64,000 bases of DNA from an uncultured Gemmatimonadaceae bacterium (GCA_964638035.1 CAZWXD010000001.1:70369-134368), one strand, 5' to 3'. Positions 1 to 8,902 are shown, counted from the first letter of the stretch. Notes: generated from the sequence alone by a model not told the origin. Numbers and translations: made by a program.

Positions 1-412
1 TCGCGCGCGGCTTCCGGAGGAGGGCCGGTCCTCCGGCAACGGCGGCGCCGACGACGCGGGCCCCAGGCAGGCCGCTTGACTCGAGCACCTGCGCCACGAG
101 TTCAGGCTGCCGCGCGCGCCTCACCACCGCGCCACCATTGCCGAGCACCTGGCGTGACGTTCCGAGGACCTCGAGCACGCCGGGCGCGTTCTCCAGGTTT
201 GAGGTCCAGGCCAGGTGCCGGCTCGACGGGGCGTGGTGCGCGAGGGCCCCGGCGTCGAACGGCGAGAGCGTGCGGTGGGCGGCGGGCACAGGTGCCGGCT
301 CAACCAGGTCGCGATCGCCAAATGCATCGATGGTGGCCACTTCCAGCCCCGCCACGAGTGCCGATCGCGCGAGTGAACGCACCGAGTAGCCCACCGCGAG
401 GATGTCCAGCAT
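1..412 (-). CDS. ATP-grasp superfamily protein, N-terminal part only (runs off left edge)
   Basis: Minus-strand frame is open from ATG 412-410 to the window edge; absent from the ORF track because it has no stop. Translation MLDILAVGYSVRSLARSALVAGLEVATIDAFGDRDLV... resembles a pre-ATP-grasp N-terminus. Strong GC3 bias. The start overlaps the upstream stop by 1 nt (TGATG). Confidence 0.45.
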   Translation of the reverse strand, partial: MLDILAVGYSVRSLARSALVAGLEVATIDAFGDRDLVEPAPVPAAHRTLSPFDAGALAHHAPSSRHLAWTSNLENAPGVLEVLGTSRQVLGNGGAVVRRARQPELVAQVLESSGLPGARVVGAAVAGGPALLRKPRA

Positions 413-1458
413 CAGTGCAACCCGAGGTGGCGGCGCGCCTCGGCCGGGGTGATCACGTAGAGGTGGTCAAGGACAGTCCCGCTGGCCTCGCGGAGGCGGA
501 GGCGTTCCACCAGGGCGGCATGGCGCCCGCCTGCGAGCCCATCGGCGAGCAATGCCGCGCCCTGCGCTCCCTGCCTGGCGTGGTTCGCGATCCCGGTGAG
601 GGCCCGGACCGGGCCGATGTCACCCAGGGCATGCGACAGCCGTTCGCGCACCGCCGGGTCTGACGCGATGCGTCCCGACACCAGCACCTCACCAGCGCGT
701 GGCGCCGACACCTGGAGCTGCCGGGCGGCCTTGATTGCGCCTTCGATGAACGCCTCGAACCCTGTAGAAGCTGAATCCCGCGAGGCCTCCGCGATGGTGC
801 TCACCCCGCCATGGAAGAGCATCGCCTTCGTGACCCGTCCCGCGAGGCACGCCACCTCGGCGTCCATCGCCCCACAGGCCTGCCACCCGATCGGGCCCGA
901 GCTGCCCCCGATGCCATCGACGACCTGGCCTCCCTGCACGGCAAGCGCTGCGGTGAAGGCACCACCAAGCTCCAGCAGGATGAACGCGGTGTCCTGCGGC
1001 TGTCCGCCGAACCGCGCGGCCTGGTCCGCAATGCCGAGCGCGGCAGCACACAGCTTGTCCGCCGTGCCCAGGTCGATGCGGTTCACTTTCCGGTGTGCCG
1101 GGACCGTGTCCAGGTGGATCACGCCGGGAAGGAAGACCATCGGCAGTCCCCGGCTTGCCAGCGCACGGCTCAGGGCTCCGAGGCCGCCGATGCCGCCCAC
1201 GGTTCCCGGCGACGCCAGGAACGCCAGGCGGATATCGGCGTCGGACGCCTCTGCGGCCCGCTGGAGCGGGAGGCCGTACCCCGACGGTCCCACCACGAGG
1301 TCGGGTGTGCCATCCACCCGAAGCGAATCGGCAAAGGCGTCGGGATCGGCCGTCACGCGTGAGGTGGGCCATGACTCGTCCCGCACCAGGCGTCCGTTCT
1401 CCAGGCCGCAGACGTCGATGGTGACCGTGCCCGGGTCGATGCCAATGACCCGCGGCAT
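412..1458 (-). CDS. DUF1464-like ASKHA-fold protein (H4MPT C1-cluster associated)
   Basis: 348-aa ORF. N-terminal MPRVIGIDPGTVTIDVCGL is a phosphate-1-type motif of sugar-kinase/actin-fold proteins. Sits 6 nt downstream of the mtd gene. Confidence 0.6.
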   Translation of the reverse strand: MPRVIGIDPGTVTIDVCGLENGRLVRDESWPTSRVTADPDAFADSLRVDGTPDLVVGPSGYGLPLQRAAEASDADIRLAFLASPGTVGGIGGLGALSRALASRGLPMVFLPGVIHLDTVPAHRKVNRIDLGTADKLCAAALGIADQAARFGGQPQDTAFILLELGGAFTAALAVQGGQVVDGIGGSSGPIGWQACGAMDAEVACLAGRVTKAMLFHGGVSTIAEASRDSASTGFEAFIEGAIKAARQLQVSAPRAGEVLVSGRIASDPAVRERLSHALGDIGPVRALTGIANHARQGAQGAALLADGLAGGRHAALVERLRLREASGTVLDHLYVITPAEARRHLGLH

Positions 1459-1464
1459 GGCGCG

Positions 1465-2337
1465 CTACTCCCGGGCGGCCACGAGCTCGCGCGCGACGTC
1501 GGCGATCGCCTCGGCGTCGAGCGTGAGGTCGTTCCGCGTGAACAGCCTGGCCACGCACGCCTTGTGCAGCTTCGTCTTGAAGCTGCCCACCCCGAAGGCA
1601 CCGAAGCAGCGGATGCCAGCTCGCTCCTTGTCGGCGTCACCCACCTCGATGCCCTCGATGCCCAGTGGGGGTGCTGCGTTCAGGTCCACGGCGACCTTGA
1701 GCGACCCGTGTCCCTGCCATGCCGCGCGTGGCACCATCTGCACCGCTGCCGGACCGGCGTTGAGGAGGATGTCCGCACCGTCCAGGAGTGGCGGCAACGC
1801 GGCCGGGTCGGACAGCACCATGGCCTCCACCTGCACGCTGAAGCGCGCACTGATGAGCTGCCGTGCCTTCTCACCCTGCTCCGGCTTCCTCGACGTGACC
1901 AGCACCGCTGCCCCCGCGCGTGCCATGAGCCCTGCCGCTCGCTGCCCCACCGGCCCGGTCCCCGCCAGGATCACCGCCCGCTTTCCCTGCAGGGTGCCGA
2001 GCACCTGCTCGATGCGCGTCACCGCAGCCACCGCCGTGGTGTTCGAGCCGTTCGAGTCCAGCATGACCGAGACGGTGAGCGGCTTGAACATGGCGTCGAG
2101 GGCCATGGCATAGAGGCCCTCGCCTGCGCTCATGTTGTTCCCGCCGATCCAGATTGCCGTGTCCTTCAGGTTCTTCACGCCGCGGGTGAAGATGCAGCCA
2201 TACACGAGGTCGCGGACGTCTCCCTCTGCCACGCCTCCATAGGACATGACATTGTCGACGCCCGCATCGTACGCGACCACCTGGTCGAACACGCTGGGGA
2301 GGCGGGAGCTGTCGAGCTGGAGCAGGAGCTTCTTCAT
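1465..2337 (-). CDS. NAD(P)-dependent methylene-tetrahydromethanopterin dehydrogenase (MtdA/MtdB/MtdC family)
   Basis: MKKLLLQLDSSRLPSVFDQVVAYDAGVD...SVMLDSNGSNTTAVAAV...AVILAGTGPVGQRAA closely parallels MtdA as remembered. Start refined to ATG 2337; the ORF track gives 2376. Confidence 0.85.
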   Translation of the reverse strand: MKKLLLQLDSSRLPSVFDQVVAYDAGVDNVMSYGGVAEGDVRDLVYGCIFTRGVKNLKDTAIWIGGNNMSAGEGLYAMALDAMFKPLTVSVMLDSNGSNTTAVAAVTRIEQVLGTLQGKRAVILAGTGPVGQRAAGLMARAGAAVLVTSRKPEQGEKARQLISARFSVQVEAMVLSDPAALPPLLDGADILLNAGPAAVQMVPRAAWQGHGSLKVAVDLNAAPPLGIEGIEVGDADKERAGIRCFGAFGVGSFKTKLHKACVARLFTRNDLTLDAEAIADVARELVAARE

Positions 2338-2376
2338 CCGGGTCGTGGATCCTGGGGTGTGGGCCTTGAAGGGCAA

Positions 2377-2409
2377 CGGGGGGCGCTCCCAACCGCGGAC
2401 CGCCCCCCG
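2377..2409 (-). promoter_or_regulatory. Intercistronic GC hairpin between fae and mtd
   Basis: 9-bp stem, 2377-2385 pairing with 2401-2409 (cGGGGGGCG/CGCCCCCCg), and a 15-nt loop, in the 96-nt fae-mtd spacer. Confidence 0.3.
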
Positions 2410-2433
2410 GTGCTGGAACTGGTGCTGCGGGGC

Positions 2434-2946
2434 TCAGCCTTCCGCGTTGCTCGCGAACGGGTGGCGTGCCGCCTTGTACTTCGCCAGCACGTCATCCACC
2501 GACGGCTGGTTCTTCATCGCCCGCTCGATGGCTTCCTTGGTGGCACGGTGGTTGAAGTCGTAGATCTTCTTGTCATCCGCCGCCTGCCAGTGGATGAACA
2601 CCCCCACCAGGATCACCAGGTCGTCCACCTTCGCCTTCGGGATCACACCGGACGCGACCGAATCCATCACCGCCCGCGCCACGGCCGCCTGGGCCGGCCC
2701 GAACATCTGGACCGCCTGCTTGGCACCCTTGATGGTGACCTTGTTGAAGAGGACAGTGTCAGGCTTGCACGGCAGGTTCGGCGTCACCACGGCGAGCAGG
2801 GTGGTGAACCCGTCCGTGTTCCGCGAGAGCGCCTGGGTGAACGCCTGCCCGGCCGGCCCCGACTTGGACCCGATGATGAGGTCGATGTGCGCGATCTCGT
2901 TGCCATCACCGACCAGCGATTCACCGAGGGAGTAATCCGCTGCCAT
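2434..2946 (-). CDS. fae: Formaldehyde-activating enzyme
   Basis: GESLVGDGNEIAHIDLIIG...FTTLLAVVTPNLPCKP...AVQMFGPAQ...VGVFIHW...HPFA matches the Fae signature. GGAGG lies 5 nt upstream of ATG 2946. Confidence 0.9.
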   Translation of the reverse strand: MAADYSLGESLVGDGNEIAHIDLIIGSKSGPAGQAFTQALSRNTDGFTTLLAVVTPNLPCKPDTVLFNKVTIKGAKQAVQMFGPAQAAVARAVMDSVASGVIPKAKVDDLVILVGVFIHWQAADDKKIYDFNHRATKEAIERAMKNQPSVDDVLAKYKAARHPFASNAEG

Positions 2947-3078
2947 TGCAACCTCCAGAGACGGTTGAACCACACGAGGGGACTACTGCATGACGTGCAA
3001 GGGAAGAGCAGCTTTGGCCGTAGACCCTCCTGGCCGGGGCAGTCCCGCTGTGTCCGGCGGGTAGCTCGCAGGACGCCT

Positions 3079-3107
3079 AGTATGGATGCCCCTCGGAAGG
3101 GTGTCAA
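3079..3107 (-). promoter_or_regulatory. Putative sigma70-type promoter of fae operon
   Basis: Minus strand reads TTGACA-N17-CATACT, about 125 nt upstream of the fae start. Confidence 0.4.
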
Positions 3108-3224
3108 GCCGCGATAGCTGTTGGCGTGACACTGCCACCACTCAGTGTCCTCGCTGTCCCCTCGTCGGGACGACTGTTCTGTGCTGCTCCTCGCCAAACG
3201 CCTGCCATACAATCACTTCCAAAC

Positions 3225-3239
3225 TGGCACGTCGCTCGC
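3225..3239 (+). promoter_or_regulatory. Possible sigma54 (-24/-12) promoter
   Basis: TGGCACGTCGCTCGC versus consensus TGGCACG-N4-TTGC. GG and GC have the correct spacing. Lies 60 nt upstream of ORF 3299. Confidence 0.25.
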
Positions 3240-3298
3240 CCCTTGCCACCACGGCGACACGAACCTGACAGTCGCCTACCACATTTCGTGAGGTCCAC

Positions 3299-3784
3299 AT
3301 GCGTACTGCCCTGGCGGGAACGATGCTGGTTGGCGCCCTCGCCGGCGCCGCCCCCCTGGCTGCGCAGGTCGAGGCAGCCGTCATCATCCATGAAGGGCCG
3401 GTCGCAGTCGCGGCCCGTATCGGGCACGCCGACCTCCACCGCGCTCCGTACGTCGTGCGCGGCGGGTACGTGGTTGCCTGGGGCAACCGGGTCGCGCGGG
3501 TCATTCGGGTGCAGCCGGTGCGCTACCGCGGCCACCATTGGTGGAAGCGGTACGGCTACCGCCCCACCACCCTCTGGTTCGATGGCTACCGGTTCTACGA
3601 CCGGCCCTTCCGCCGGTACGACCTGCGCGAGGTCCTGGTATTCGAGCGGCGCGGGCACTACGTGATGGCGGGAGACTTCTACCGGACGCACCGGTACCTC
3701 GGTGACGAGCCGTGGTACTTCGACGATGACTATCACGATCGCGGCCGGCGCCACGACCATCGCCGCGGAGATTGGGGCGACTGA
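3299..3784 (+). CDS. Secreted hypothetical protein, Arg/Tyr/His/Trp/Asp-rich
   Basis: Signal peptide MRTALAGTMLVGALAGAAPLAAQ, GAGG 6 nt upstream, good GC3, followed by a terminator hairpin. Confidence 0.6.
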   Translation: MRTALAGTMLVGALAGAAPLAAQVEAAVIIHEGPVAVAARIGHADLHRAPYVVRGGYVVAWGNRVARVIRVQPVRYRGHHWWKRYGYRPTTLWFDGYRFYDRPFRRYDLREVLVFERRGHYVMAGDFYRTHRYLGDEPWYFDDDYHDRGRRHDHRRGDWGD

Positions 3785-3844
3785 CCCTGTCGCGCCTCCC
3801 TGGTGCTGGATCGCCCTGATCCGGGTCGGCGCCCCCAGTACGGC

Positions 3845-3878
3845 AAGGCCCCCACGCTCGTGGGGGCCTTGTCTTTCC
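3845..3878 (+). terminator. Rho-independent-type terminator
   Basis: Perfect 11-bp stem AAGGCCCCCAC/GTGGGGGCCTT with loop GCTC, followed by GTCTTTCC. Confidence 0.6.
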
Positions 3879-3905
3879 TGCTGCTCGCCCAGGCTGGCCG
3901 CCGTG

Positions 3906-4625
3906 TCAGGTGATGCCCCACTTCCGCATGACCGCCTCGACGAACCACTCCCACCCGGCCAGCATCCGGTACTGCTCGGGGGTGGCGCCCGCGAGCCGCT
4001 CGACCCGGCGTCGAAGGGTCCAGACATCGCACTGCAGCCGGGCCGCGGCCTGCGCCGTGGTGAGCCGCGTGTTGCCGGCTCCGGTGGCGAGGTGAAAGGT
4101 CTCGCGCCAGTCGGTGGCGGTGAGCGGTGACACGGCGCGCAGGCGGCGCGCCAGCCAGCGATCACCGGGTGACAACCGGGCCAGCAGCCCCTGTGGCGGG
4201 CGGGACGCCAGGGCCAGCACCAGTGAGGCGGCGAGATCGGGGCGTCCGGCGCGCGATGCGATCCAGCCGGCCACCTGGTCGGCGTCGGGGGCGGGCCGGC
4301 CGCGCACCGCATCCTGTCCCAGCACCGCCATCGGCACGGCATCGTCTGCCCGGCGCCACACGAAGGCGGGCGTCCCACGGAGTCCCTGGAGCGCGGCATC
4401 CAGGGCGGCCGGTGCGCCACCCGCCCGCTGCACCATCACGACCGGCACCCAGGGTGCCTGGCGTGCCGCCTCGACCACCATGGCGAGGTCCGGCCGCTGG
4501 GCGAGCTCGACCACGAAGAAGCTGCCGAGGGGTGGACTCGCCACCTGCCCCCCGACGTCGGTGTATGGAGGGGTGACCAGTCCCAGTGGGTGGACCCGCG
4601 GCGATGGCGCTGGAGGGCGGTTCAT
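3906..4625 (-). CDS. Hypothetical protein with C-terminal HTH-like segment
   Basis: Strong GC3 in this frame. C-terminus reads TTAQAAARLQCDVWTLRRRVERLAGATPEQY. Start set at ATG 4625 (MNRPPAP); the longer track ORF would cross the divergent helicase start. Confidence 0.5.
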   Translation of the reverse strand: MNRPPAPSPRVHPLGLVTPPYTDVGGQVASPPLGSFFVVELAQRPDLAMVVEAARQAPWVPVVMVQRAGGAPAALDAALQGLRGTPAFVWRRADDAVPMAVLGQDAVRGRPAPDADQVAGWIASRAGRPDLAASLVLALASRPPQGLLARLSPGDRWLARRLRAVSPLTATDWRETFHLATGAGNTRLTTAQAAARLQCDVWTLRRRVERLAGATPEQYRMLAGWEWFVEAVMRKWGIT

Positions 4626-4634
4626 GGCGGCTCC

Positions 4635-4663
4635 ACGATACGGCGCGTGGCGCAGTGCGTCAA
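4635..4663 (-). promoter_or_regulatory. Putative promoter (near-leaderless) of 3906..4625
   Basis: Minus strand reads TTGACG-N17-TATCGT, ending 9 nt before ATG 4625. Confidence 0.35.
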
Positions 4664-4709
4664 ACGGGCGACGGCCGGGGTGCGAGTCCCGGCGGTATAG
4701 CTTTCGCTC

Positions 4710-7388
4710 GTGCATCCCGCCCGCGACCACCACCTCCCTCCCGATCCCGAGGCGTTCCGGCACGCAGCGCACCCCCGCGGCCGCGTGGTTGTCATCGCGC
4801 CCACGCGGGCCGCCTGCGAGACGATCGAGCTGGCGCTCGGCCTGCACCTCGACACACTCCTGGAGCGGGAGCACGGCACCGACCTGCGCGCATGGGCGGC
4901 AGGGGGGCTGGGCTTCGGGATCGTGGCCGGTACCGGCGTGGGGAAGACCCTCGGCATTCGCCCGATTGCCGAGACGATCCTGGGCGAGCCGCTCCGTGTG
5001 GGGGTGGTGAACCGCGAACGCGAAGCCACGCCGGAGACGCCGTCATGGAACGTGGTCATCGTGACCACGGGCATCGCGCGTCGCTGGTTCCAGGACGACC
5101 TCATCACCAACCGCGACACCCTCGTCGTGGACGAGATCCACCAGACCTCGGCCGAACTCGAGCTCTGCCTGGCCCTCGGGAAGCGCGCACGGTGCCGCTT
5201 CATCTGGCTCAGCGCCACCGTCGACCCGGCGTTCTACGCCCGGTACCTCGACTCGGCCAACGTCCTGGTGACGCGCGCGTTCGACCCGGCGCTCCGGGCG
5301 CGCGTCGAGGTGCTCCCGCAGGTGCCCGAGGAGTTCCTCAACGAGAAGTACCTGAAGCGCGTCATTCGGGACCAGCGTGGTGTTGCGGTCTTCGTGCCCA
5401 CCCGGGCCGAGGTGGAGAAGCTGGCAGGCGAGATCGGCAGCCAGTGGCAGCGGCTCACGACGGCCTTCTACCACGGCGGTGAGCCGATTCGCGTGATCCG
5501 CCCATTCCTCGAGGGCGAGGTGCAGCGTCCGTTCCTCCTCGCGATGACGGCCGCCGGGCAGTCGGCCCTCAATGTGCGCGGGCTCGACACCGTGGTGATC
5601 TACGACGCCCGCTATGCCAACAAGGTTGATCGCGGCCGGAACGTGCTGCACCGGCTCTACCTCGGGGCGAACGAGATCCTGCAGATGGCCGGCCGGGTGC
5701 ATGGCCGCGTGGCCGGGGGCGAGGTCACGATCCTGAGCGACCGCAAGCTGGCCTTCGAGCAGCTGGTGCCGACGCCGCCGGAGTTCCAGCTGGCGGGCGA
5801 TGCGGAGCGGGTGGCGGTCACCTGCGCCGCGCTGGGCGTGGATGCGACCGAGCTGGACCTCCCTGTGGCGCTCGACCGCACGGCGTATCGCCGCGCCCTG
5901 GCGCTGCTCACGGCACGCGGCCTGGTGGAGGAAGGCCGCCTCACGGCCTATGGCCGGGAAGTGGAGGCCATGCCGGTGGAGCGGCCCTGGGGTGAACTGC
6001 TGGTCCATGCCGACACGTTGCTCACCCCGGTGGTGGCCGTCTGTGCCAGCATCGACTCGCTGCACCGCATGACCCGGGAGGAGCGTGACCTGCACGGCGC
6101 CCTGGTGAATGGGAGCGACCACCTCACGGCGTACAACCTCTACGCCGAGGCGGTGAACCAGGTCGGCACGCTGGGTGAGGTGTACGGGCTTCCCCGGCAC
6201 GTCTTCAACGAGGAGGAGCTGGCGACGTGGGCGGAGCGGCGCGGTGTGCTCGTCAAGGCTATCGAGGATACGGCACTCGGCATGGCGTCGGTCTACCGTG
6301 CCCTGGAACTCCCGCTGCCGAAGGTGCTGCCGTATGCGGGCAAGGACCTGCGGCAGCAGTGGGTCACGCTGCTCGCCCGCATCATGCCGCTCGACCTGGT
6401 GATGGACGAGCAAACCGCAGACGGCCAGGAAGCGCGGATCTCGCGCAGCTCGGTGGCAGGGAGCTGGGGCGCCGTGGCGGGCTCCCTGCGCTTCTTCGCC
6501 GACCGGTTTGGCCGCGCGCGCGCGGGCATCGAGGGGACCACCATTCCCTACGACGTGGTGCGCGACCACGCGACGTGGGGGAAGCCTGCGGTGGTCGTCG
6601 CCGGCCCCCGCAAGCACATGCACCTCGTCACCAGGCGCCGGCTCGACTACCACGGGTTCCACCTCGAGAACGTCGAGGAGGAGATCGATGGCGAGGTGCC
6701 GGCGGAGCTGCGCGAGGCCGCACGCGGCGCGCTGGCCGACGCACTCCTCGCCGGGGACACGCCGCATCCCGACCAGGGGCGCATCCGCCGGGCGAACCAC
6801 GAGCTGGACGAACTCTGGCGACGCTCGGGAGGCAGCCTGGCGGCGGCCAGCCGGGACGCAGTGCGCGCCCACCTCCTGGGGCAGCTGCAGGACGTGACGA
6901 GCTGGGAGGGCTTCCTGCGCCAACGGCTCCGCCTCGAGGTGGAGGCCACGGTGCCGGATGACGTGCGCACCGCACTCGCGGCCCTTCCCGGCGCCGTGCA
7001 CCTGCATGGTGATGCCGCACCGCTCACCTACGAGGTCCTGGACGGCGCCGGCATAGCCCGGCTGCACCTGCGAGAGGGGCAGGCACGCCGGCTGCGCCCG
7101 CAGGAGCTGCCCAACCTCGACCGACCGCTCCACTATGCCATCACCCGCACGAGACAGGAGCCTGCGGTGGGCGCCACACTGGCTGAGGCGCTGCGCGCCC
7201 TGCGCACGGAGCCGCGCGAGACGGAGGGACGCAACCGGCATGGGGAGGAGGGCGGACGAGGCCGGCGGGATGCCCGCCCGCATCGAGGTGGCCACCGGGG
7301 CGGTCCAGGGGACCGGGGCGGCAGGAGCGGCGGGGGCGGCAAGGGGCGCGGGGGCAGGGGCCGCGGTGGGCGGGGCCGGTGGCGCTGA
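4710..7388 (+). CDS. DEAH-box ATP-dependent helicase (HrpA/HrpB-like) with C-terminal RGG tail
   Basis: Motifs GTGVGKT, DEIH and SAT, plus a helicase C domain (QMAGRVHGR). GTG start. Last approx 55 aa are Arg/Gly repeats. Confidence 0.85.
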   Translation: MHPARDHHLPPDPEAFRHAAHPRGRVVVIAPTRAACETIELALGLHLDTLLEREHGTDLRAWAAGGLGFGIVAGTGVGKTLGIRPIAETILGEPLRVGVVNREREATPETPSWNVVIVTTGIARRWFQDDLITNRDTLVVDEIHQTSAELELCLALGKRARCRFIWLSATVDPAFYARYLDSANVLVTRAFDPALRARVEVLPQVPEEFLNEKYLKRVIRDQRGVAVFVPTRAEVEKLAGEIGSQWQRLTTAFYHGGEPIRVIRPFLEGEVQRPFLLAMTAAGQSALNVRGLDTVVIYDARYANKVDRGRNVLHRLYLGANEILQMAGRVHGRVAGGEVTILSDRKLAFEQLVPTPPEFQLAGDAERVAVTCAALGVDATELDLPVALDRTAYRRALALLTARGLVEEGRLTAYGREVEAMPVERPWGELLVHADTLLTPVVAVCASIDSLHRMTREERDLHGALVNGSDHLTAYNLYAEAVNQVGTLGEVYGLPRHVFNEEELATWAERRGVLVKAIEDTALGMASVYRALELPLPKVLPYAGKDLRQQWVTLLARIMPLDLVMDEQTADGQEARISRSSVAGSWGAVAGSLRFFADRFGRARAGIEGTTIPYDVVRDHATWGKPAVVVAGPRKHMHLVTRRRLDYHGFHLENVEEEIDGEVPAELREAARGALADALLAGDTPHPDQGRIRRANHELDELWRRSGGSLAAASRDAVRAHLLGQLQDVTSWEGFLRQRLRLEVEATVPDDVRTALAALPGAVHLHGDAAPLTYEVLDGAGIARLHLREGQARRLRPQELPNLDRPLHYAITRTRQEPAVGATLAEALRALRTEPRETEGRNRHGEEGGRGRRDARPHRGGHRGGPGDRGGRSGGGGKGRGGRGRGGRGRWR

Positions 7389-8293
7389 GCGTTGTTGCGG
7401 CACTGCTGCTCGTGCAGGTCCTCTTTGCCGCACTCGCCATCGCGGGACGTTACGTACTCCCCGAGTTCCCGGCAGGCCTCCTCATCACGGTGCGCGTCGT
7501 GGGAGCCGGCCTCACGCTTGCGCTGGTGAACCTGGTGCGCGGGGGCCCCTGGGTCAGTGACGGGCGCGACCTCAGGGCGCTGGCCGTCCTGGGCGGGCTC
7601 GGCATCGCCGCCAACCAGTCGCTCTTCCTCTTCGGGCTCAAGCACACCACGGCCATCAACGCCACCATCCTGGTCACCACGGTCCCGGTGTTCACCGTGC
7701 TGGGCTCGGTCCTGCTCCGGCGCGAGCCGCCGTCGTTGCCAAAGTTCGTGGGTATCGCGCTCGCGGCCGCCGGCACGGTCTACCTCATCGGGCCCGACCG
7801 CATCACGCTGGATCCCGATGTGGCCCTGGGGAACCTCCTCATCGTGATTGGCATGGTCTGCTACGCCGCCTACTTCCTGCTGGCCAAGCCGCTCATGCAC
7901 CGCTACGACGCCATCACCGTGACCACGATCGTCATGCTGTTCGCCATCATCGGCGTGCTGCCACTGGGACTGGCGGCGCTGCGCGGTTTCGACCTCGGTG
8001 CCGTGCCCGGGCGCATCTGGGGATGGGTGGCGTTCATCGTGATCGGGCCCACCATCCTCACCTACCTCCTGAACATCTGGGCCCTGCGGCGCACGTCGTC
8101 GAACATGGTGGCGGTGTTCATCTACCTCCAGCCGGTGCTGACCGCCATGGTCGCCCCGAGACTGCTGCAGGGGGAAGCGGTGACCACCCGTGCGGCCCTC
8201 GCCGCCGTGGCCATTTTCCTCGGGCTGGCCACCGTCATCTGGGCGGAGCGGGGTTCCAGAACGGAAGCCGTCCGGGTGGTCGCCGACGAGTAG
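7379..8293 (+). CDS. EamA/DMT family transporter
   Basis: About ten hydrophobic helices with a duplicated EamA-like pattern. Overlaps the helicase stop by 10 nt. Confidence 0.8.
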   Translation: MALSVVAALLLVQVLFAALAIAGRYVLPEFPAGLLITVRVVGAGLTLALVNLVRGGPWVSDGRDLRALAVLGGLGIAANQSLFLFGLKHTTAINATILVTTVPVFTVLGSVLLRREPPSLPKFVGIALAAAGTVYLIGPDRITLDPDVALGNLLIVIGMVCYAAYFLLAKPLMHRYDAITVTTIVMLFAIIGVLPLGLAALRGFDLGAVPGRIWGWVAFIVIGPTILTYLLNIWALRRTSSNMVAVFIYLQPVLTAMVAPRLLQGEAVTTRAALAAVAIFLGLATVIWAERGSRTEAVRVVADE

Positions 8294-8440
8294 CCCAGGC
8301 GGCTGGGCAGTCCCCAAGTGTCGCCTGTCAAAGCAGATGCGCCTCGGGCGTCCCTTCTGTGGAGCCGATGCGCGGGCGGGCCAGTTGGCCCTTCCGTAGC
8401 GGAATGAAACCACCACACCCCAAATTGCGTATCTTGAGCC

Positions 8441-8902
8441 ATGACTGAGGGATCCAGCTCCACCACAGCGCCGTCGGTCTTCTCGCCGCTTGCCAAGGCC
8501 CTCCTCGATGGATTTACCGAGGGGGTCATTGTCTTTGATGCCAGCGGGCGGGTTACCTACTCCAACCAACCGGCGCGTGATGCCACCCGCGGCCTCGACC
8601 TGGGCGGCAACGCGCGCGACCTGCTGCCCGCGCTCTCCACCCTTGGTGGCCGGCTCCGGCCACTCCGTGTGGGGCACCTGGAGCTGGGCGAGGCCGTGTT
8701 CATCCCGGGGGTGTCCGGCCCCACGACGTTGGCCGAGCGGGAGAAGGAGGCTATCGTGAAGATGCTGGACGCAAACAACTGGAAGTTGGCGGAGACTGCC
8801 CGGAATCTCGGCATCAGCCGCACGACCCTGTGGCGGCGGCTGAAGGCATACGGGCTCCACCGGGACGGCCGCACCAAATGGGCGCAATCCTCGCCACGCT
8901 GA
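8441..8902 (+). CDS. PAS-like / Fis-type HTH (HTH_8) transcriptional regulator
   Basis: GVIVFDASGRVTYSNQPARD (PAS-like) and a C-terminal WKLAETARNLGISRTTLWRRLKAYGL. Confidence 0.75.
   Translation: MTEGSSSTTAPSVFSPLAKALLDGFTEGVIVFDASGRVTYSNQPARDATRGLDLGGNARDLLPALSTLGGRLRPLRVGHLELGEAVFIPGVSGPTTLAEREKEAIVKMLDANNWKLAETARNLGISRTTLWRRLKAYGLHRDGRTKWAQSSPR

Noticed and set aside
4785-4935. A PTRAA-like segment (VVVIAPTRAACE) lies N-terminal to the Walker A motif of the helicase. Considered as a possible circular permutation of helicase motifs.
   Set aside because: Motifs I, Ib, II and III follow in the normal order afterwards, and GVVNRER occupies the usual Ia position. The upstream match is short and probably coincidental.
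5043-7433. Very long alternate-frame or antisense ORFs in the track: 5043..7433(-), 7133..8932(-), 10562..12871(-), 61708..63996(-), 596..2113(+), 1564..3117(+), 21208..23691(+), 53302..55221(+), and many shorter ones.
   Set aside because: These are typical of 70% GC DNA, where stop codons are rare. Their translations are Arg/Pro/Gly/Ala-rich and low in complexity, with no family motifs. Each is covered by an ORF in another frame that has clear conserved motifs and strong third-position GC bias.
8386-8400. Second sigma54-like match, TGGCCCTTCCGTAGC, upstream of the PAS/Fis regulator.
   Set aside because: Only the GG-N10-GC skeleton matches, and such skeletons occur by chance often in GC-rich DNA. 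It is weaker than the 3225 site, which is itself low-confidence.
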